Below, one piece after another: positions 61,057-64,000 of a DNA stretch of 64,000 nt (positions are counted from its first letter, which is position 1; every line of letters begins with the position of its first letter). The DNA comes from Halothiobacillus sp. (GTDB lineage Bacteria > Pseudomonadota > Gammaproteobacteria > JAAZVP01), in the NCBI GenBank assembly GCA_018623495.1, contig JAAZVP010000003.1, forward strand, positions 3,466-67,465. The letters are read 5' to 3'. Below the pieces are notes generated by a model. It was given only the letters and a program-made list of their open reading frames with translations, searched no databases and was not told where the DNA came from. The position numbers and the translations under genes were made by a program.

Positions 61057-63027
61057 ATGCCGACAACCCGTGACGAGGTGCTGCTGGGGGTGGACACCGG
61101 CGGTACGTTCACCGATTTCGTCGCCTTCGAGGACGGGCGCCTGCGGGTGCACAAGGTCCTGTCCACACCGGCCGCCCCGGAACGGGCCATCCTCCGGGGC
61201 ATCGAGGAGATGGCCCTCGACCCGGCGCGCCTGCGGGTGATCCACGGTTCCACCGTGGCCACCAATGCCGTGCTCGAGGGCAAGGGAGCCGCCACCGCCT
61301 TCGTCACCAACCGCGGTTTCGCCGACCTGCTCACCATCGGCCGCCAGGCCCGGCCCGAACTCTATCGTTTCTGCGCGGCGCCGCGCCGGCCACCGGTGCC
61401 GCCCTCGCTCTGCCTGGAGACCGGCGGCCGGCTGGCCGCGGACGGGCGCGAGCTCGAGCCGCTCACCGAGGCCGACCTGCGCGCGCTGCGCCGGGCCGTG
61501 GAGGAGGTCGGGGTGGAGGCTGTGGCCATCAGCCTGCTTTTCGCCCACCTCGACGAGCGCAGCGAGCGGGCCATCGCTCGCGCCATGCCCGACGGGGTCT
61601 TCGTCAGCCGTTCCTCGGCGGTGCTGCCGGAGCAGGGGGAGTACGAGCGCGGCATCGCCACCTGGCTCAACGCCACCGTCGGTCCGCGCATGCAGGGCTA
61701 TCTCGACCGCCTGCGCGGCGCGCTGGCCCCGGCGCCGGTGGCGGTGATGCAGAGCGCCGGTCGGACCGTGGCCGCCGAGCAGGCGGCCGAGCACGGCGTC
61801 CAGCTGTTGCTCTCCGGGCCGGCCGGTGGCCTGATGGCGGCCCGCTGGCTGGGCGAGACCACCGGCCACCGGCGCCTGATGAGCTTCGACATCGGTGGCA
61901 CCTCCACCGACGTGGCCCTGATCGACGGCGAGGTGGGTCTGACCAACGAGGGCGCCATCGCCGGCTACCCGGTGGCCGTGCCCCAGGTGGACATGCATAC
62001 CATCGGCGCCGGTGGCGGTTCCATCGCCCGGGTGGACGCGGGTGGGCTGCTGCAGGTGGGCCCCGAGTCCGCCGGTGCCGACCCGGGCCCGGCCTGCTAC
62101 GGGTCCGGGGGCAGCGCGCCCACCCTCACCGACGCCAACGTGGTGCTCGGCCGCCTGTACCCCGACGCCAGCCTGGGCGGTTCGCTGACCCTGGACGTGG
62201 CGGCCGCCGAGGCGGCCGTCGCCGGGGTCGGGTCGGCGCTGGGCATGGGGCCGGTCGACTGCGCCCGTGGCATCGTCCGCCTGGCCGTGGAGCGCATGGC
62301 CCGCGCCCTGCGGGTGATCTCGGTGGAGCGCGGCCATGACCCGGCCGATTTCGTGCTCACCGCCTTCGGCGGGGCCGGCGGCCTGCACGTCTGCGAACTG
62401 GCCGAGGCAATGGGCATGCAGCGGGCGATGGTCCCGCGCAACGCCGGCGTGCTCTCGGCCCAGGGGATGCTCGTGGCCCCGCCCGGCCGGCAGCGCTCGT
62501 TGGGGCTGCGGGGTCGGCTCGAACGGGTGGGCGAGTCGCGGATCGCCGCCGAGCTCGAGCGGCTGCGCGCGGGTGCCGCGGCCGAGCTGGCCGCCGAGGG
62601 CGTTGGCCTACCACGGGCCCGTTTTTCCCTGGACCTGCGCTACGAGGGCCAGGCCTTCGCCCTCGGCGTCCCCTGGACGGGCGACTGCGCCGCCGCCGAG
62701 GCGGCCTTCCATGCCCGCCACGAGGCGCGATTCGGTCACGCGATGGACGCGCCGGTGGAGCTGGTCGCCGTGCGTGCCGGCCTGGAGGGCGCGCCCCGGC
62801 CGGTCCGGATGCCCGAGTGGCCGGCGGGGGTGGCCGCCCGGCCGATCCAGGTCGCGTCCCTGCCGGGCTTCGATGCGCCGGTGCCGGTGTTCGACCGCGA
62901 GGCGCTGGCGAGCGGTCAGCGCGTCGCCGGGCCGGCGATCATCGCCGAGCCGGTCTCCACCACCTGGGTGGCGCCGGGCTGGACCCTCGAGGTGGACCGC
63001 TTCGGCAATCTGCTCCTGGATCGTTGA
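61057..63027 (+). CDS. Hydantoinase A / 5-oxoprolinase A subunit
   Basis: [55 protein letters not shown]. Confidence 0.92.
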   Translation: MPTTRDEVLLGVDTGGTFTDFVAFEDGRLRVHKVLSTPAAPERAILRGIEEMALDPARLRVIHGSTVATNAVLEGKGAATAFVTNRGFADLLTIGRQARPELYRFCAAPRRPPVPPSLCLETGGRLAADGRELEPLTEADLRALRRAVEEVGVEAVAISLLFAHLDERSERAIARAMPDGVFVSRSSAVLPEQGEYERGIATWLNATVGPRMQGYLDRLRGALAPAPVAVMQSAGRTVAAEQAAEHGVQLLLSGPAGGLMAARWLGETTGHRRLMSFDIGGTSTDVALIDGEVGLTNEGAIAGYPVAVPQVDMHTIGAGGGSIARVDAGGLLQVGPESAGADPGPACYGSGGSAPTLTDANVVLGRLYPDASLGGSLTLDVAAAEAAVAGVGSALGMGPVDCARGIVRLAVERMARALRVISVERGHDPADFVLTAFGGAGGLHVCELAEAMGMQRAMVPRNAGVLSAQGMLVAPPGRQRSLGLRGRLERVGESRIAAELERLRAGAAAELAAEGVGLPRARFSLDLRYEGQAFALGVPWTGDCAAAEAAFHARHEARFGHAMDAPVELVAVRAGLEGAPRPVRMPEWPAGVAARPIQVASLPGFDAPVPVFDREALASGQRVAGPAIIAEPVSTTWVAPGWTLEVDRFGNLLLDR

Positions 63028-63109
63028 AGGCGCGCAGTCGAGGATGGAGGGGCGGGAGACGGTGCCAGGGTGCCGTTCACGGCCTTTTTCGACGCTTGCT
63101 GCCGGGTGC

Positions 63110-63262
63110 GCGAGGCAAGGCGCAGGGGCCCCGGGGTGCAACGATCAAGCGCCTGAGACGACCGAACCAACGGTCAATGGCCTGGCGTCCCTGGCGCCTT
63201 GGCGAGAGGCGCTACCCTCTGCGGTGTCCCGGTGAGGGAGTCCCGCCGAGGTGCGATGCACC
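63110..63262 (+). repeat. Dispersed structured intergenic repeat, copy 2
   Basis: Collinear homology with 46430-46588, including the identical 28-mer CCTGGCGTCCCTGGCGCCTTGGCGAGAG. Confidence 0.85.
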
Positions 63263-63288
63263 AAAAAAAACCCGGCGGGTGCCGGGTT
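63263..63288 (-). terminator. Intrinsic terminator after rpmG
   Basis: Minus strand AACCCGGC-ACCC-GCCGGG followed by a T8 run. Confidence 0.85.
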
Positions 63289-63296
63289 CTTCTGGA

Positions 63297-63452
63297 TCAC
63301 TTGATCTTGGCTTCCTTGTAGATCACGTGCTTGCGCACCACCGGGTCGTACTTCTTCATCTGCATCTTGTCCGGAGTGTTGCGCTTGTTCTTGTCGGTCG
63401 TGTAGAAGTGACCGGTGCCGGCAGTCGACACGAGCTTGATCTTGTCTCGCAT
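63297..63452 (-). CDS. rpmG: 50S ribosomal protein L33
   Basis: [24 protein letters not shown]...[11 protein letters not shown]. Confidence 0.98.
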   Translation of the reverse strand: MRDKIKLVSTAGTGHFYTTDKNKRNTPDKMQMKKYDPVVRKHVIYKEAKIK

Positions 63453-63463
63453 GGTATGGCCCC

Positions 63464-63700
63464 TCAGACTCGCTCGCCGCGTGCACGCATGTCGCTCAGC
63501 ACGGCGTCGATACCCTTCTTGTCGATGATCCGCATGCCCTTGGAGGAAACACGCAGCTTGACCCAACGGTTCTCGCTCTCCACCCAGAACCGGTGGTTGT
63601 GCAGGTTGGGCTCGAAACGGCGACGCGTCTTGTTGTGCGCGTGAGAGACGTTGTTGCCAGTCTTCGGCCGCTTTCCGGTTACCTGACATACTCGGGACAT
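63464..63700 (-). CDS. rpmB: 50S ribosomal protein L28
   Basis: [30 protein letters not shown]. Confidence 0.98.
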   Translation of the reverse strand: MSRVCQVTGKRPKTGNNVSHAHNKTRRRFEPNLHNHRFWVESENRWVKLRVSSKGMRIIDKKGIDAVLSDMRARGERV

Positions 63701-63743
63701 GGCAGTCTCCAACAACAATAATCAGAAATCCGTAAAGCCGCGC

Positions 63744-63772
63744 ATCATAGAGCAAAGCGCGCCGGCGCACAA
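63744..63772 (-). promoter_or_regulatory. Putative sigma70 promoter of rpmBG
   Basis: Minus strand TTGTGC-17 bp-TATGAT. Confidence 0.55.
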
Positions 63773-63858
63773 GCACCGGGTTCGCCCGGGGGTGGCCGGC
63801 GCCCGGGCCAGGGTTTATAGTCGCGCGCTCGGCATCGAGAAGGCATCCGGGGGTGCGC

Positions 63859-64000
63859 TTGGACACCATCTTCATCACCGACCTGCAGATCGAGACCATC
63901 ATCGGCGTCTACGACTGGGAACGCCATACCCCGCAGACCGTGGCCATCGACCTGGAGATGGCCGCCGACATCGGCGCGGCGGTGCGCACGGACGACATCC
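63859..64000 (+). CDS. folB: Dihydroneopterin aldolase (runs off the window end)
   Basis: Manual translation from TTG: [38 protein letters not shown]... Confidence 0.88.
   Translation, partial: MDTIFITDLQIETIIGVYDWERHTPQTVAIDLEMAADIGAAVRTDDI

Overview
Core-chromosome window from a high-GC Gammaproteobacterium, probably halophilic or halotolerant and microaerobic (inferred from ectABC, the cbb3 oxidase and acidic proteins). Left to right: msbA (partial)-exbD-exbB; mltF; the long minus-strand block gyrA-serC-serA-pheA-hisC-tyrA-aroA-cmk-rpsA-ihfB-lapB-pyrF; sodA-argD-argF-argA-rsmJ; hydantoinase/oxoprolinase B; an AsnB-like (NAGGN-type) amidotransferase; grxD; rnt; a membrane GAF-PAS-GGDEF-EAL protein; pyrC; an exported DsrE-like protein; folE2-folX and divergent folM; a multi-PAS diguanylate cyclase; ccoNOQP-ccoGHIS; ftsY-ftsE-ftsX-rpoH; an M16 peptidase pair-rsmD-(unknown)-coaD-ferredoxin-ggt; ectABC; mutM; hydantoinase/oxoprolinase A; rpmB-rpmG; folB (partial). 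I saw no rRNA, tRNA, CRISPR array, transposase or phage gene. The best leads are: a roughly 155-bp structured intergenic element present in two diverged copies (about 46430-46588 and 63110-63262); an uncalled 32-aa membrane protein after ccoS; a pterin gene module bracketed by two c-di-GMP enzymes and an exported protein; a possible HycA-like orphan after ectC; and a CIRCE operator over the rpoH promoter. All product calls come from recognising motifs by eye; no database searches were run.
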